Notes: generated from the letters alone by a model not told the origin. A stretch of 64,000 nt of DNA from Bacteroidales bacterium (GCA_963662525.1 OY759717.1:1608392-1672391); one strand, 5' to 3'. Shown: positions 37,102-47,854, numbered from the stretch's first letter. Program-made: numbers and translations.

Positions 37102-38691
37102 TTATTTCGTTTCTTCAAATTTATGGGATAATTCCCTGGCCACTGCTTCCATGATCTTGACGTCCTCATCCAGTAGCTGTCCTGATTTCAAATTGTTCAG
37201 CACGTTTTTATGATCAGTTTCCATCCGGTGCAGGTACTCGGTTTCAAAATGTCCAATATTTCTGATGGGGACCGAGCGCAGTAGTCCGCGGGTTCCGCAG
37301 AAAATGATGGCGATCTGCTTCTCTACTGTCATGGGAGAATACTGTGGCTGCTTGAGAATTTCCACGTTGCGCGCTCCTTTGTCAAGCACCGCTTTGGTCG
37401 CTGCATCAAGATCGGAGCCGAATTTTGAAAAGGCTTCCAGTTCGCGGAATTCAGCCTGATCAAGTTTCAGGGTTCCTGCCACTTTTTTCATGGATTTGAT
37501 TTGCGCGTTTCCACCAACGCGGGATACTGAAATACCCACGTTGATAGCGGGACGGATACCGGCATTAAACAAACCGGATTCCAGGAATATCTGTCCGTCA
37601 GTGATAGAAATCACATTGGTTGGGATGTAAGCCGATAAGTCGCCGGCCTGGGTTTCAATGATGGGCAAGGCAGTGAGTGACCCACCTCCTTTAACTTTAT
37701 CCCTGAGACTTTCAGGAAGGTCGTTCATTTTTTTGGCGATGTCATCGGCCGAAATGATCCTGGCTGCTCTTTCAAGCAGGCGTGAATGAAGGTAGAACAC
37801 GTCGCCGGGATATGCTTCTCGCCCTGGGGGACGGCGAAGCAAGAGGGAGACTTCGCGGTAGGCTACCGCCTGTTTTGACAGGTCGTCGTAAATAACCAGG
37901 GCCGGACGTCCGGTATCCCTGAAGAATTCACCGATGGCTGCTCCGGCAAAGGGAGCATAAAACTGCATGGCAGCGGGATCGGAAGCTGTAGCCATGACAA
38001 TCACGGTATAAGCCAGCGCACCTTTCTGTTCAAGGGTGTGCACGATATTGGCCACGGTAGACCCCTTTTGTCCGATGGCAACATAAATACAATAAACAGG
38101 TTCTCCTTTTTCGTAAAATTCTTTCTGGTTGATGATGGTGTCAATGGCAATGGCTGTTTTCCCTGTCTGCCGGTCGCCGATGATGAGTTCCCGCTGTCCG
38201 CGGCCGATGGGAACCATGGCATCGATCGGTTTGATACCAGTCTGAAGGGGCTGGTTAACCGGTTGACGGAAAATAACTCCCGGGGCTTTCCTCTCCAGGG
38301 GCATTTCAAAACGTTCTCCTTCAATTTTTCCTTTCCCGTCGATGGGCTCACCAAGGGTGTTGATTACACGTCCCAACAAACCCTCGCCGACTTCAATGGA
38401 AGCAATGCGTCTTGTTCTTCTGACCGTGTCACCTTCCTTGATTTCATAAGATTCTCCAAGCAATACGGCGCCGACATTATCCTCTTCAAGATTGAGTACG
38501 ATGGCTTTCAGCCCGTTTTTCTCAAACTCGATCAACTCGCCGGATTCGGCATGGGTAAGACCATAGATATGTGCGATCCCATCCCCGACCTGGAGGACGG
38601 TTCCCACTTCTTCCAACTCTTTCACATCATGGTACCCGGCCAGTTCTTTTCTCAGAATCGCGGTAACCTCAGCGGGTTTTATTTCTGCCAT
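37102..38691 (-). CDS. atpA: F1 ATP synthase alpha subunit
   Basis: [41 protein letters not shown]. Confidence 0.99.
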   Translation of the reverse strand: MAEIKPAEVTAILRKELAGYHDVKELEEVGTVLQVGDGIAHIYGLTHAESGELIEFEKNGLKAIVLNLEEDNVGAVLLGESYEIKEGDTVRRTRRIASIEVGEGLLGRVINTLGEPIDGKGKIEGERFEMPLERKAPGVIFRQPVNQPLQTGIKPIDAMVPIGRGQRELIIGDRQTGKTAIAIDTIINQKEFYEKGEPVYCIYVAIGQKGSTVANIVHTLEQKGALAYTVIVMATASDPAAMQFYAPFAGAAIGEFFRDTGRPALVIYDDLSKQAVAYREVSLLLRRPPGREAYPGDVFYLHSRLLERAARIISADDIAKKMNDLPESLRDKVKGGGSLTALPIIETQAGDLSAYIPTNVISITDGQIFLESGLFNAGIRPAINVGISVSRVGGNAQIKSMKKVAGTLKLDQAEFRELEAFSKFGSDLDAATKAVLDKGARNVEILKQPQYSPMTVEKQIAIIFCGTRGLLRSVPIRNIGHFETEYLHRMETDHKNVLNNLKSGQLLDEDVKIMEAVARELSHKFEETK

Positions 38692-38693
38692 AA

Positions 38694-39254
38694 TCAATAA
38701 CCTTTAACGTATAAATTTACTTTTGCCACGCCCCTCTTCATTTTCTCGATCTGTTTCCGGATGCTTGCATCATATTGCAAATCTTTCCAGTTTAGCACAA
38801 ATCCGCCGATGAGGGAACTGTCTATTTCTTCAACCAGGTCAATGTTGGCCTTGGTATAACTGGTCATCAAATCCAGAACTTTCTTTCTGTTGTCATTATC
38901 TGGAAGTACCGGGGCCCTGAAATGAACCGTCAGTATGTTTTTATATTCTTTATAATTTTCAACAACCTGTCCGGCAATCTCGGGAATAAATTTCTCCCGT
39001 TTTTTGCGGATCATGACAAGAAGGAAAGTCAGCATCACCTGTCCGACAACTTTACCAAAGATTTCTTTCACTACCTTGATCTTTAAATCTGTATGAACTA
39101 TGGGTGCTTTAAAGAACATCCGCAGTTCACGGCTTTGCTGACAAATTTCCGATACCGTCAGCGCATCCTGATAGATCTCCTCAGCAATGTTCTTTTCCAC
39201 TGCCAGTTCAAATAAGGCATTGGCATAACGTTCGGCGACCAGGGAGATCCTCAT
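38694..39254 (-). CDS. atpH: F1 ATP synthase delta subunit
   Basis: [25 protein letters not shown]. Confidence 0.95.
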   Translation of the reverse strand: MRISLVAERYANALFELAVEKNIAEEIYQDALTVSEICQQSRELRMFFKAPIVHTDLKIKVVKEIFGKVVGQVMLTFLLVMIRKKREKFIPEIAGQVVENYKEYKNILTVHFRAPVLPDNDNRKKVLDLMTSYTKANIDLVEEIDSSLIGGFVLNWKDLQYDASIRKQIEKMKRGVAKVNLYVKGY

Positions 39255-39264
39255 AACTTCATCA

Positions 39265-39759
39265 TCAATTGAATTTCACTTCTTGTAATAATTCGCGGAG
39301 ATATTCTTCCTGTTTTCTGGGGTCAGAAAGTTCACGCTGAATGAGTTTTTTCGCCACTTCCAGCGATAACTCGGCGACCTGGTTTTTCAGGTCGGTCATG
39401 GCGGCCATTTTTTCATTATTAATGGTCACCTTCGCTGCATCAACAATTCTTCCCGCTTCCTCCGATGCCTTTTGACGTGCTTCCTCAATGATTTTATCCT
39501 TAATCTTCCGGGCTTCATTAAGAATGGCATCCCTGTCGTTTTTGGCTTCCCTGAGTAAAGTCTCATTGCTGAACTGCATTTTCTTCATTTCCTCTCTGGC
39601 TTTATCTGCAGCATGCAAGGCTTCACGAATGGAGGTTTCCCTTTCTTTAAGGGCCTTCAGGATAGGTTTCCAGGCAAATTTTCCAAGAATGAACAATAAA
39701 AGAAGGAATACCAGCGTCATCCAGAAAATCAAGCCCAGGCCGGGAGTGATCAGTTCCAT
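39265..39759 (-). CDS. atpF: Fo ATP synthase subunit b
   Basis: Start MELITPGLGLIFW; KFAWKPILKALKERE; coiled coil. Confidence 0.95.
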   Translation of the reverse strand: MELITPGLGLIFWMTLVFLLLLFILGKFAWKPILKALKERETSIREALHAADKAREEMKKMQFSNETLLREAKNDRDAILNEARKIKDKIIEEARQKASEEAGRIVDAAKVTINNEKMAAMTDLKNQVAELSLEVAKKLIQRELSDPRKQEEYLRELLQEVKFN

Positions 39760-39792
39760 AGGTTCAGTTTTAAATATTTTTTTCAATCAAAA

Positions 39793-39833
39793 AATTCTTT
39801 ACGGCTCAACCAACCGTTAAACCGTAAAGAATT
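39793..39833 (-). terminator. Stem-loop between atpE and atpF (partial terminator or mRNA stabiliser)
   Basis: 12-bp inverted repeat AATTCTTTACGG/CCGTAAAGAATT followed by a short T run on the minus strand. Confidence 0.6.
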
Positions 39834-39845
39834 CGGGCATGTTTC

Positions 39846-40112
<267 letters not shown>

Positions 40113-40138
40113 TTATGATTAAAGGTTACTACTAAAAT

Positions 40139-40173
40139 TAATTCCTAATTTTTAATTCCTAATTCCTAATTGA
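40139..40173. repeat. 7-bp TAATTCC-like array after the atpB stop
   Basis: Five units with degeneracy. Confidence 0.75.
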
Positions 40174-40175
40174 AT

Positions 40176-41330
40176 TTAATGGTGCTCCGGCTCTGTGGTT
40201 GCCAATCCGAAATACAGCGCCGACAATAAAGTAAACACATAAGCCTGTATAAAAGCTACCAGTAATTCCAGCAGATCCATAAACACCATAAAGGCAACTG
40301 AAACGACAGATACACCTAAACCCAGGGCAGCACTGATCGCGCCAAAGATAAAGATCAGGCTGACAAAGCCCAGGGCAATGATATGCCCGGCAGTAATATT
40401 GGCAAAAAGCCGGACCATCAGGACAAACGGTTTGGTGATAATTCCGATAATTTCCACAATGGGCATCAGGGGAATGGGCAACTTCAGCCACCAGGGAACC
40501 CCGGGCGTATTGATGATGTCGATCCAGTAATGTTTATTCCCGTTGATGGTCGTCAGGATGAACGTAAATACAGCCAGTACCAGGGTAATGGAAATATTGC
40601 CTGTAACATTGGCCCCACCCGGGAATAGCGGGACAAGGCCCAGTAAATTATTGATGAATATGAAAAAAAAGACGGTCAGCAAAAAAGGCATGTACTTCTC
40701 ATGGTTTTTCTCCCCGATGGAGCTCTTGGCAATATCATCACGGATAAAAAGAATGAGTGGTTCAAGCAGGGATTGTATGCCACTCGGAGCCTCTTTGACA
40801 TTCCGCTTATACCCTTTGGCCACGGAAAGAAAAATCCAGATCATCAGCAAGGCGCTAAAGATAATGGCAAATACCGTTTTGGTGATGGAAAAATCATATA
40901 CTTGAGCCCCTCTGGCAGTATCCTTATCGGGATTATCCCTGTAAATTTTTCCTTTATGGGAACCTTCCTGCCCCAGGATGAATCCATGGTAAGAATGGTT
41001 TTCATTATGAAATCTTGAGGAAGAAAAACAATACAAACCTCCGTCAAAATATAAAATTACCGGAAGGGGAATTGTCAGGTGAAATTCTCCAATTTCAAGA
41101 ATATGCCATTCATGGTTATCCACCACATGTTCCATGATCATCTCTCCGGCATTGAACTTCTTTTCAGCTTCCGTTTCCGGGTTATGCAACAGAGCAGAAG
41201 AGTCGTTGGCTGGGATAAGAACAGGCTGGCCCTGTATAGCGGCTTTTACAAGATTCTGTGAAAGAAATATCAGGCTGAAAAAAAGTCCAGCAATTAAGAT
41301 TCGAAAAACATTTCTTTGTGGTGCAACCAT
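40176..41330 (-). CDS. atpB: Fo ATP synthase subunit a (Bacteroidota type with N-terminal extension)
   Basis: EHVVDNHEWH, DFSITK, VRLFANITAGH, ELLVAFIQAYVF; start 41330 or 41360. Confidence 0.95.
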   Translation of the reverse strand: MVAPQRNVFRILIAGLFFSLIFLSQNLVKAAIQGQPVLIPANDSSALLHNPETEAEKKFNAGEMIMEHVVDNHEWHILEIGEFHLTIPLPVILYFDGGLYCFSSSRFHNENHSYHGFILGQEGSHKGKIYRDNPDKDTARGAQVYDFSITKTVFAIIFSALLMIWIFLSVAKGYKRNVKEAPSGIQSLLEPLILFIRDDIAKSSIGEKNHEKYMPFLLTVFFFIFINNLLGLVPLFPGGANVTGNISITLVLAVFTFILTTINGNKHYWIDIINTPGVPWWLKLPIPLMPIVEIIGIITKPFVLMVRLFANITAGHIIALGFVSLIFIFGAISAALGLGVSVVSVAFMVFMDLLELLVAFIQAYVFTLLSALYFGLATTEPEHH

Positions 41331-41391
41331 CAATAAATAATCCTCTAAATAGGGCTGCAATGTTACAAAAAATAAATGAAATCGTGAAACG

Positions 41392-41760
41392 CTACTTCAC
41401 TGCTTTTTTGGCCTGGGTATTTACATAGAGAAACACATACTGGTCAACTCCTGCAAAAGTCTTTATGGCTCCCCAATCCTGCCAGTCCTGGGTATCATAC
41501 CAATAAGTTGCCGGCGAAATACTTCCAAAAAAAGCCATACCATTATAGTCGGTCCAGCCCGTGGCAACATAAATTCCCTGCTGCATATTGACATAGCTGG
41601 TAGCAAGGTATACCTGCTCATTAATGATGGGGAGTCCCGTGTAAAAATCCGACACGTAGATGGTAAGGGTTCCTGTTGTTTCATTTTTTGTGCAAGCCGG
41701 CGAGAATAGAATTCCGCTAAGCATAACAAGGGCAAAGAGAAAGAATACATTTTTTTTCAT
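41392..41760 (-). CDS. Small lipoprotein of unknown function
   Basis: MKKNVFFLF..LFSPAC lipobox-like signal; beta-rich mature part. Confidence 0.7.
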   Translation of the reverse strand: MKKNVFFLFALVMLSGILFSPACTKNETTGTLTIYVSDFYTGLPIINEQVYLATSYVNMQQGIYVATGWTDYNGMAFFGSISPATYWYDTQDWQDWGAIKTFAGVDQYVFLYVNTQAKKAVK

Positions 41761-41864
41761 GGTACTTTTTTTTAATGATATATTGCAAATATACATTTTT
41801 TCGTTCCTGTTGTAACCTCTGAATGAATTCTTCGTCTTAATGCTCCGGTGAAGTTTAAATTCAC

Positions 41865-41872
41865 TAATTTTG
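41865..41872 (+). promoter_or_regulatory. -7 promoter element of the tolC-like operon
   Basis: TAATTTTG; supports the ATG at 41923. Confidence 0.5.
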
Positions 41873-41922
41873 AACACTTTTATCAAATTTCATTGAAAAA
41901 CCGACCATTAATATCCTTCCCT

Positions 41923-43371
41923 ATGCTGGTACATTTTCCCCGGAGCAAATGCCTTATTCTGCTCTTTTTTCTTATTGTATTTTTTTCCGGATCTGCAAAG
42001 GCACAAAAGATCTGGACACTTGAAGATTGTATCAATTATGCCCTGGAAAATAACCTGGATATCCAAAAGCAACTCCTGGCCGTGGAGTCAAACAAGAAAG
42101 CCTTGCTTCAAAGTGGATTGAACATGCTTCCCGACCTTAATGCAAATGGAAGTAATGTGTGGAATTTTGGCCAGACAATCGACCAGTATACCAATAGTTT
42201 TGCGACAAATACAGTGCGTTCAAATAATTTTTATCTGCAAAGCAACCTGGTTCTTTTCAGTGGTTTTCAGAAGCTCAATACCATGAGGCAGAATCAGATC
42301 AATGTCCTGGCCAGTCAATACGATCTGGATGTGATTAAAAACAGTATCTCTCTTGCTGTTGCAGGATTTTATCTCGATATTCTGTTTAATTCGGAATTAC
42401 TTGATGTAGCCCGGGAACAGCTTAAAATCACCAATTCCCAGGTTGATCGGATCCAGAAACTGGTAGAAGCCGGATCCTCGGCCCGGGGAGACCTGCTGAA
42501 TATACAGGCTCAGCGGGCTGCCGAAGAACTGGCTTCCATAGAGGCAGAAAACAGGCTGAACATTTCTAATCTTTCCCTTCAACAATTAATTGACTTTCCT
42601 GTAACCCGTGATTTCCGGATTGAAAAACCCGGGCTTCGCGCCGTTGAAGAGCCCAAGGACCTGGTTTCACCTGAAATTATCTATGAGAAATCACTCAAGG
42701 CACGTCCTGAAGTACAAAGTGCTGAACTTCGGGTTCAGAGTGCCCAGAAAAGCCTTGCCATCGCCAGGGGCGTTCTCTATCCCTCCCTATCCTTTGCCGG
42801 TTCATGGGGAACCGGGTATTCAGGAGCAGCCAAGGAAGTTGACCCCGGTGTCGCACCCGTTATTACCATGCAGAAATTCGGAATCACACAATTATCCCGC
42901 GACACTGTTTTTGCCTATAGTGCCAAATATGCCACGCGGGTGACTTCCTTCAACGACCAGTTACACCAGAATGAAAACCAATCCCTGGGATTTTACCTCA
43001 GGGTACCTATCTTTAATGGCTGGCAGGGCAGAAATGCCATCAGCCAGGCAAAAATTCAACGCCATCAGGCAGAACTGGATCTGGATATCACCAAAAGAGA
43101 TCTCCGGAAAAAAATTGAACAGGCCTATGCGGACGGAGTTGCATCCCTGAAAAAATATAACTCTTCATTACAAAAAGTAAGTGCACAGGAAGAGTCCTTC
43201 AAATATACCCAACAGAAATTTGATGTCGGACTTATGACTTCATTCGACTATAACAACAGCAAAAAAGACCTGACCAAGGCACAATCAGATCTATTGCAGG
43301 CCAAATATGATTTTATTTTCAAGACGACCATTCTTGAATTTTACATGGGGAATCCCATTACAATCGATTAA
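41923..43371 (+). CDS. TolC family outer-membrane efflux protein
   Basis: WTLEDCINYALENN, two OEP repeats, QAKYDFIFK..LEFY.G. Confidence 0.93.
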   Translation: MLVHFPRSKCLILLFFLIVFFSGSAKAQKIWTLEDCINYALENNLDIQKQLLAVESNKKALLQSGLNMLPDLNANGSNVWNFGQTIDQYTNSFATNTVRSNNFYLQSNLVLFSGFQKLNTMRQNQINVLASQYDLDVIKNSISLAVAGFYLDILFNSELLDVAREQLKITNSQVDRIQKLVEAGSSARGDLLNIQAQRAAEELASIEAENRLNISNLSLQQLIDFPVTRDFRIEKPGLRAVEEPKDLVSPEIIYEKSLKARPEVQSAELRVQSAQKSLAIARGVLYPSLSFAGSWGTGYSGAAKEVDPGVAPVITMQKFGITQLSRDTVFAYSAKYATRVTSFNDQLHQNENQSLGFYLRVPIFNGWQGRNAISQAKIQRHQAELDLDITKRDLRKKIEQAYADGVASLKKYNSSLQKVSAQEESFKYTQQKFDVGLMTSFDYNNSKKDLTKAQSDLLQAKYDFIFKTTILEFYMGNPITID

Positions 43372-43409
43372 TTCATAATTTTATACCAATTAATTTTATC
43401 TGTTACTCC

Positions 43410-44789
43410 ATGAGTATAAAGAAATCAAGGAAAAAACTTTGGATTATCATCGCGGCAGTTATTGTGGTAGCCGTTATTGTTATCATTGCTGTTGTCAAAG
43501 GAAAAGGCAATGATGGGACCAAAGTAGCCACCGAAAAAGTGATGAAACGCACGATCATTCAAACGGTTTCAGCCAACGGCAAAATTCAGCCGGAAAAAGA
43601 CATCAAGATCAGCCCTTATATTTCCGGGGAAGTAGTGGAACTTAAAGTCAAGGAGGGAGATCAGGTAAAAGCGGGAGATCTTTTAGCAAAAATTGATCCG
43701 GAAATTTATGTTTCCCAGTATGATCAAAGCGAAGCGGCTGTCAACACACAAAAAGCCAATGAAGCTAACTCCAGGGCCAGGCTGGCACAAAATAAGGCTC
43801 AATTTGAAAATACCCGCCTCACTTTTGAACGACAGGAAAAGCTGTTTCAGCAAAATGTAATTTCAAAGGCCGAATACGACCAGGCCAAAGCTTCCTTTCA
43901 GGTTGCCAAAGCCCAGGTTGAAGCAGGAGAACAAGACATCAAGGCTTCGGAGTTTATGGTGAAAAGTTCAGAGGCCGCTTTAAAGAAATCGAAGGAAGAC
44001 CTGACCAGAACTGCCATTTTTGCCCCTAACAATGGCACCGTTTCCAAACTGAGTGTGGAAAAAGGGGAAAGGGTAACCGGGGCTTCACAGTTTTCAAGCG
44101 GCACAGAAATCATGCGTATCGCCAATCTTAATGAGATGGAAGCCCAGGTGGAGGTCAATGAAAATGATATCGTCCGCGTAAGTATGGGTGATACCGCCCT
44201 GATCGAGGTAGATGCCTACCTGAACCGCAAGTTCAAAGGAATTGTGACCGAAATCGCCACCTCTGCCAATACTACCGGTGTCAGCGTTGACCAGGTGACG
44301 AATTTCAATGTAAAAATCCATATCGTTAAAGATTCTTATAAAGACCTGCTCGATGCCCTCAGACCTGATTTTTCTCCTTTCCGCCCGGGAATGTCCTGCA
44401 CCGTGGAAATTCAAACCGAGACGGCGGTCAATGTTTTAACAGTCCCCATTCAGGCAGTAACAACCCGTATCGCCAAGGATTCCCTGGATAAAATAAACCA
44501 GAAAAATAAAACCCAGAAAGGTGAGGGGGATGATCAGGTTGAGTTTGTTTCCGGGAAAAAGAAAAGCGAGGAAATACAGGAATGTGTCTTCCTCTTTGCC
44601 AAAGATCTGGCAAAAAAGAAAGATGTTAAAACCGGTATCCAGGACAATACCTATATCCAGATCCTTTCTGGCTTAAAAGACGGGGACGAAATTATCGTTG
44701 CGCCCTATACCGCAGTCTCTAAAACCCTTAACGACGGGAATAAGGTTAAGAAGGTCGACAAGAAGGACTTGTTCACCAAGGAAAAATGA
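43410..44789 (+). CDS. Efflux periplasmic adaptor (HlyD/MacA-like)
   Basis: N-terminal TM, VSANGKIQP, VKEGDQVKAGDLL, FRPGMS. Confidence 0.92.
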   Translation: MSIKKSRKKLWIIIAAVIVVAVIVIIAVVKGKGNDGTKVATEKVMKRTIIQTVSANGKIQPEKDIKISPYISGEVVELKVKEGDQVKAGDLLAKIDPEIYVSQYDQSEAAVNTQKANEANSRARLAQNKAQFENTRLTFERQEKLFQQNVISKAEYDQAKASFQVAKAQVEAGEQDIKASEFMVKSSEAALKKSKEDLTRTAIFAPNNGTVSKLSVEKGERVTGASQFSSGTEIMRIANLNEMEAQVEVNENDIVRVSMGDTALIEVDAYLNRKFKGIVTEIATSANTTGVSVDQVTNFNVKIHIVKDSYKDLLDALRPDFSPFRPGMSCTVEIQTETAVNVLTVPIQAVTTRIAKDSLDKINQKNKTQKGEGDDQVEFVSGKKKSEEIQECVFLFAKDLAKKKDVKTGIQDNTYIQILSGLKDGDEIIVAPYTAVSKTLNDGNKVKKVDKKDLFTKEK

Positions 44790-45505
44790 TCTTAACTTTC
44801 GATACTGCTACAAATGTATGCTCAGTCGCCCTGTCCGACAAAGGGAACCTGATTTCTTTTCGGGAAACTTCAGGAAAAAACGAACATTCTGCCACCCTTA
44901 CCCTGATGATCAGTGAACTGATATCGTCGACCGGAATATCATTATCCGGACTTGATGCTATCGCAGTAAGTGCAGGTCCCGGCTCCTATACCGGACTTCG
45001 GATCGGTGTTGCCACAGCCAAGGGTCTTTGCTATTCACTCGGCAAACCCATAATTGCTGTCCCTACCCTTCAAGCCATGGCTGTTGGGATGCATCTGAAG
45101 ATCCCACCCCCAGCCCACCCCCCTGAAGGAGAGGGGACTGTATCCCGCTATTTTTGTCCCATGCTTGACGCACGCCGGATGGAAGTTTTTTGCGCGCTTT
45201 ACGATCATTCAGGCAAAGTGGTAAGGAAAGTACAGGCTGAAATTATCGACGAAAACTCATTTCAGGAAGAACTGAAAGAAAACATTATCGTTTTTGCCGG
45301 GGAAGGCGCTGAAAAATGCAAACCTTTTTTGGGACAACATAAAAATTCAATATTTCTGGATAATTTTACGCTTTCGGCAAAATATATGATCGGGCCGGCA
45401 GAGGCCAAATATATCATGGGTGACTTTGAAAACCTGGCTTATTTTGAACCTTTTTACCTGAAAGAATTTGTGGCGGGAAAACCAAGAGTCAAGGGACTTG
45501 TTTAG
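44786..45505 (+). CDS. tsaB: tRNA t6A biosynthesis protein TsaB
   Basis: FDTATNVCSVAL, GPGSYTGLRIG, PMLDARRMEV, FEPFYLK. Confidence 0.95.
   Translation: MILTFDTATNVCSVALSDKGNLISFRETSGKNEHSATLTLMISELISSTGISLSGLDAIAVSAGPGSYTGLRIGVATAKGLCYSLGKPIIAVPTLQAMAVGMHLKIPPPAHPPEGEGTVSRYFCPMLDARRMEVFCALYDHSGKVVRKVQAEIIDENSFQEELKENIIVFAGEGAEKCKPFLGQHKNSIFLDNFTLSAKYMIGPAEAKYIMGDFENLAYFEPFYLKEFVAGKPRVKGLV
45102..45136. repeat. CCC...GGAGAGGGG palindromic element in frame inside tsaB
   Basis: Encodes PPPAHPPEGEG; resembles the intergenic elements at 24989 and 52501. Confidence 0.55.
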
Positions 45506-45506
45506 T

Positions 45507-45594
45507 TGGTGAGTTGGTGAGTTGGTGAGTTGGTGAGCTGGTGAGTTGGTGAGCTGGTGAGCTGGTGACAAAGTGACAAAGTAACAGGGTGATA
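45507..45594 (+). repeat. Eleven-unit 8-bp-period array between tsaB and ispG, drifting from TGGTGAGT to AAGTGACA
   Basis: TGGTGAGY x7, TGGTGACA, AAGTGACA, AAGTAACA, GGGTGATA. Confidence 0.92.
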
Positions 45595-46803
45595 AAATTG
45601 AGTGAAAATATGATGAATAGCAGGTTCCGGACAGGGGTTGTCAATATCGGTGATCTTCCTTTGGGTGGGGATTATCCTGTCCGGGTGCAATCCATGACCA
45701 ATACCAACACCATGGATACGGCTGCCACCGTGGGGCAGTCGATCCGTATGATTGAAGCCGGTTGTGAATATATTCGGATGGCTGTTCCGGGCATGAAAGA
45801 AACTGAAAATCTGCGCGAGATTAAAAAGGAGTTGTATAAAAGAGGATACAAGGTCCCGCTTATCGCCGACGTGCATTTTAATCCTAAAATAGCAGAAATT
45901 GCAGCGACTATAGTTGAGAAAGTAAGAATCAATCCCGGAAATTATGCGGATAAAAGAAAGATACAGGATGCAGCCTGCCCGCCGAACAAGCAGGGATGCG
46001 GAATAAAAGATAATGTATATCAGGATGAGTTGGAAAAAATTGCCAAAAGAATCAAACCCCTGATATTGATCTGTAAGGATCATGGAACGGCCATCCGGAT
46101 TGGCTCAAACCATGGTTCGTTGTCGGACAGGATCATGGAACGGTATGGTGACACTCCGCTTGGGATGGTTGAATCAGCGTTGGAGTTTGTCAGAATCTGT
46201 GAAAGTTACAGTTTCCGGAATATTGTTCTGTCGATGAAAGCCAGTAACACCAAGGTAATGATTAATGCGAACCGGCTGCTGGTTGAGCGAATGAAACAGG
46301 AGGGAATGAATTATCCCCTGCATCTTGGTGTTACAGAAGCTGGCGCCGGAGAAGACGGTCGTCTGAAATCGGCAGTTGGAATTGGCAGCCTGCTGGCTGA
46401 TGGGATAGGAGATACGATTCGTGTTTCTATCACAGAAGATCCGGAATATGAAATCCCGGTGGCTTATGGAATTCTTCAGGCTTCCGGCGCCAGAATCACC
46501 AGAACAGAATTTATTTCCTGTCCCTCCTGTGCCCGCACATTATTTGATATTCAAAAAACACTGCTGGCCATAAAAAAACTGACCGGCCACCTGAAGGGAC
46601 TGAAAATAGCTGTGATGGGATGTATTGTCAATGGTCCGGGGGAAATGGCCGATGCACATTATGGTTATGTAGGTGCTGGAAAAGGGAGAGTGATGCTTTA
46701 TAAGGGCCGGGAGATCATGAAAAAAAACATTGAAGAGGCAAGCGCGGTGAATGAATTGATTCAACTGATCAAATTGCATGGCGACTGGCAGGATCCTGAT
46801 TAA
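45589..46803 (+). CDS. ispG: (E)-4-hydroxy-3-methylbut-2-enyl-diphosphate synthase
   Basis: VQSMTNT, PLIADVHF, RINPGN, RIGSNHGSL, PLHLGVTEAG, GDTIRVS, CPSC, MGCIVNGPGE; start may be ATG 45610. Confidence 0.96.
   Translation: MIKLSENMMNSRFRTGVVNIGDLPLGGDYPVRVQSMTNTNTMDTAATVGQSIRMIEAGCEYIRMAVPGMKETENLREIKKELYKRGYKVPLIADVHFNPKIAEIAATIVEKVRINPGNYADKRKIQDAACPPNKQGCGIKDNVYQDELEKIAKRIKPLILICKDHGTAIRIGSNHGSLSDRIMERYGDTPLGMVESALEFVRICESYSFRNIVLSMKASNTKVMINANRLLVERMKQEGMNYPLHLGVTEAGAGEDGRLKSAVGIGSLLADGIGDTIRVSITEDPEYEIPVAYGILQASGARITRTEFISCPSCARTLFDIQKTLLAIKKLTGHLKGLKIAVMGCIVNGPGEMADAHYGYVGAGKGRVMLYKGREIMKKNIEEASAVNELIQLIKLHGDWQDPD
45964..45997 (+). repeat. 34-bp CCTGCC...GCAGG element in frame inside ispG
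   Basis: 33 of 34 bp identical to the reverse complement of 51349-51382. Confidence 0.9.
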
Positions 46804-47779
46804 TTACCTGTCCACCTGTTCCTATCTGCACCTGCCCGCAAAAAACCTTCAATGCCAGCGGCAATATCTCAAATGTAAACGGGGTATGCCCCAGAGATTC
46901 ACCATCTGTTTCGATGTAGATGCTTCCCGTTGAACGGATGCGGATGTGCTTTCCCCTTAACGTAGTAACAAAAGGAAGGTTTACCAGCGTTCCATCATAT
47001 AATTTCCTGGTATAACGAACCACCGCAAACTTCGATGCTTTTTTGATAACCATTACATCCATCAGGCCATCATCGGGAACAGCATAAGGAACCTGCATCA
47101 TGCCACCTCCGTTGTATTTGCATATCCCTACATTCATGGAAAAAATTTCTCCCTTGAAAACGATTTCATTGTCCACTTCTATTACCCCGTCAAGAAATTT
47201 ATACTGAAACAGGCTGGCAAAAACAAAATAAAAATAGGCAAAGGTATTTCCACGTCCCTTTTCTTTCAGGATATTGGTTTTCTTCGCCACCAGTGCATCG
47301 TAACCCATGCCGGCGACATTCATGAAGTATCGGTTGTGCTTTTCGCTTTCTTTATGATAATGAACCAGCCCGATATCCTGGATGAAGGTTTTACCTGCTT
47401 TTAAAATGGCAATGGCCTTTTTATAATCGAAGGGAATTTGAAAAGTCCGGCACCAGTCGTTTCCCGTACCAACGGGGATCATCCCAAGCGAAATTTCCAG
47501 GGGCGGAATGCCAGTCTGTCGCATAATGCCATTCAGCACTTCGTTAAGGGTGCCATCACCTCCGACGACGGCAATATTTCTGAAACCCCTGGCGATGTTG
47601 TCTGAAGCAAGATGAATAGCATGATTCCGGTGTTCCGTGAAAACGCATTCATAATCAAACCCCTCCCGGGTAAGATGCTGGCATATTTTCGGCCAGTCTT
47701 TTTCACCTTTCTTACTCCCTGCATTGGGATTCACAATGATCAGCCATTTGCCGGCAAGATCGGTTTGTTGTTGAGTCAT
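46769..47779 (-). CDS. Diacylglycerol kinase family lipid kinase (YegS/BmrU)
   Basis: IVNPNAG, VGGDGTLNE, IPVGTGND, NVAGMGYDA, ETDGE. Confidence 0.93.
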   Translation of the reverse strand: MTQQQTDLAGKWLIIVNPNAGSKKGEKDWPKICQHLTREGFDYECVFTEHRNHAIHLASDNIARGFRNIAVVGGDGTLNEVLNGIMRQTGIPPLEISLGMIPVGTGNDWCRTFQIPFDYKKAIAILKAGKTFIQDIGLVHYHKESEKHNRYFMNVAGMGYDALVAKKTNILKEKGRGNTFAYFYFVFASLFQYKFLDGVIEVDNEIVFKGEIFSMNVGICKYNGGGMMQVPYAVPDDGLMDVMVIKKASKFAVVRYTRKLYDGTLVNLPFVTTLRGKHIRIRSTGSIYIETDGESLGHTPFTFEILPLALKVFCGQVQIGTGGQVINQDPASRHAI

Positions 47780-47854
47780 AAATCCGGATTGGTGGAATTG
47801 GACCGCAAGTTAAGTATTTAGTGTAAAAGTATTATCTTTATACAAGAATTTGAA

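Noticed and set aside
78-38700. Long antisense ORFs such as 78-455, 12602-13345, 16223-16810, 18619-19212 and 38038-38700
   Set aside because: Shadow frames opposite well-supported genes, with no recognisable motifs
45507-45594. Possible CRISPR array (also 4422-4624 and 29942-30009)
   Set aside because: Units are 7-8 bp and contiguous, with no unique spacers and no cas genes
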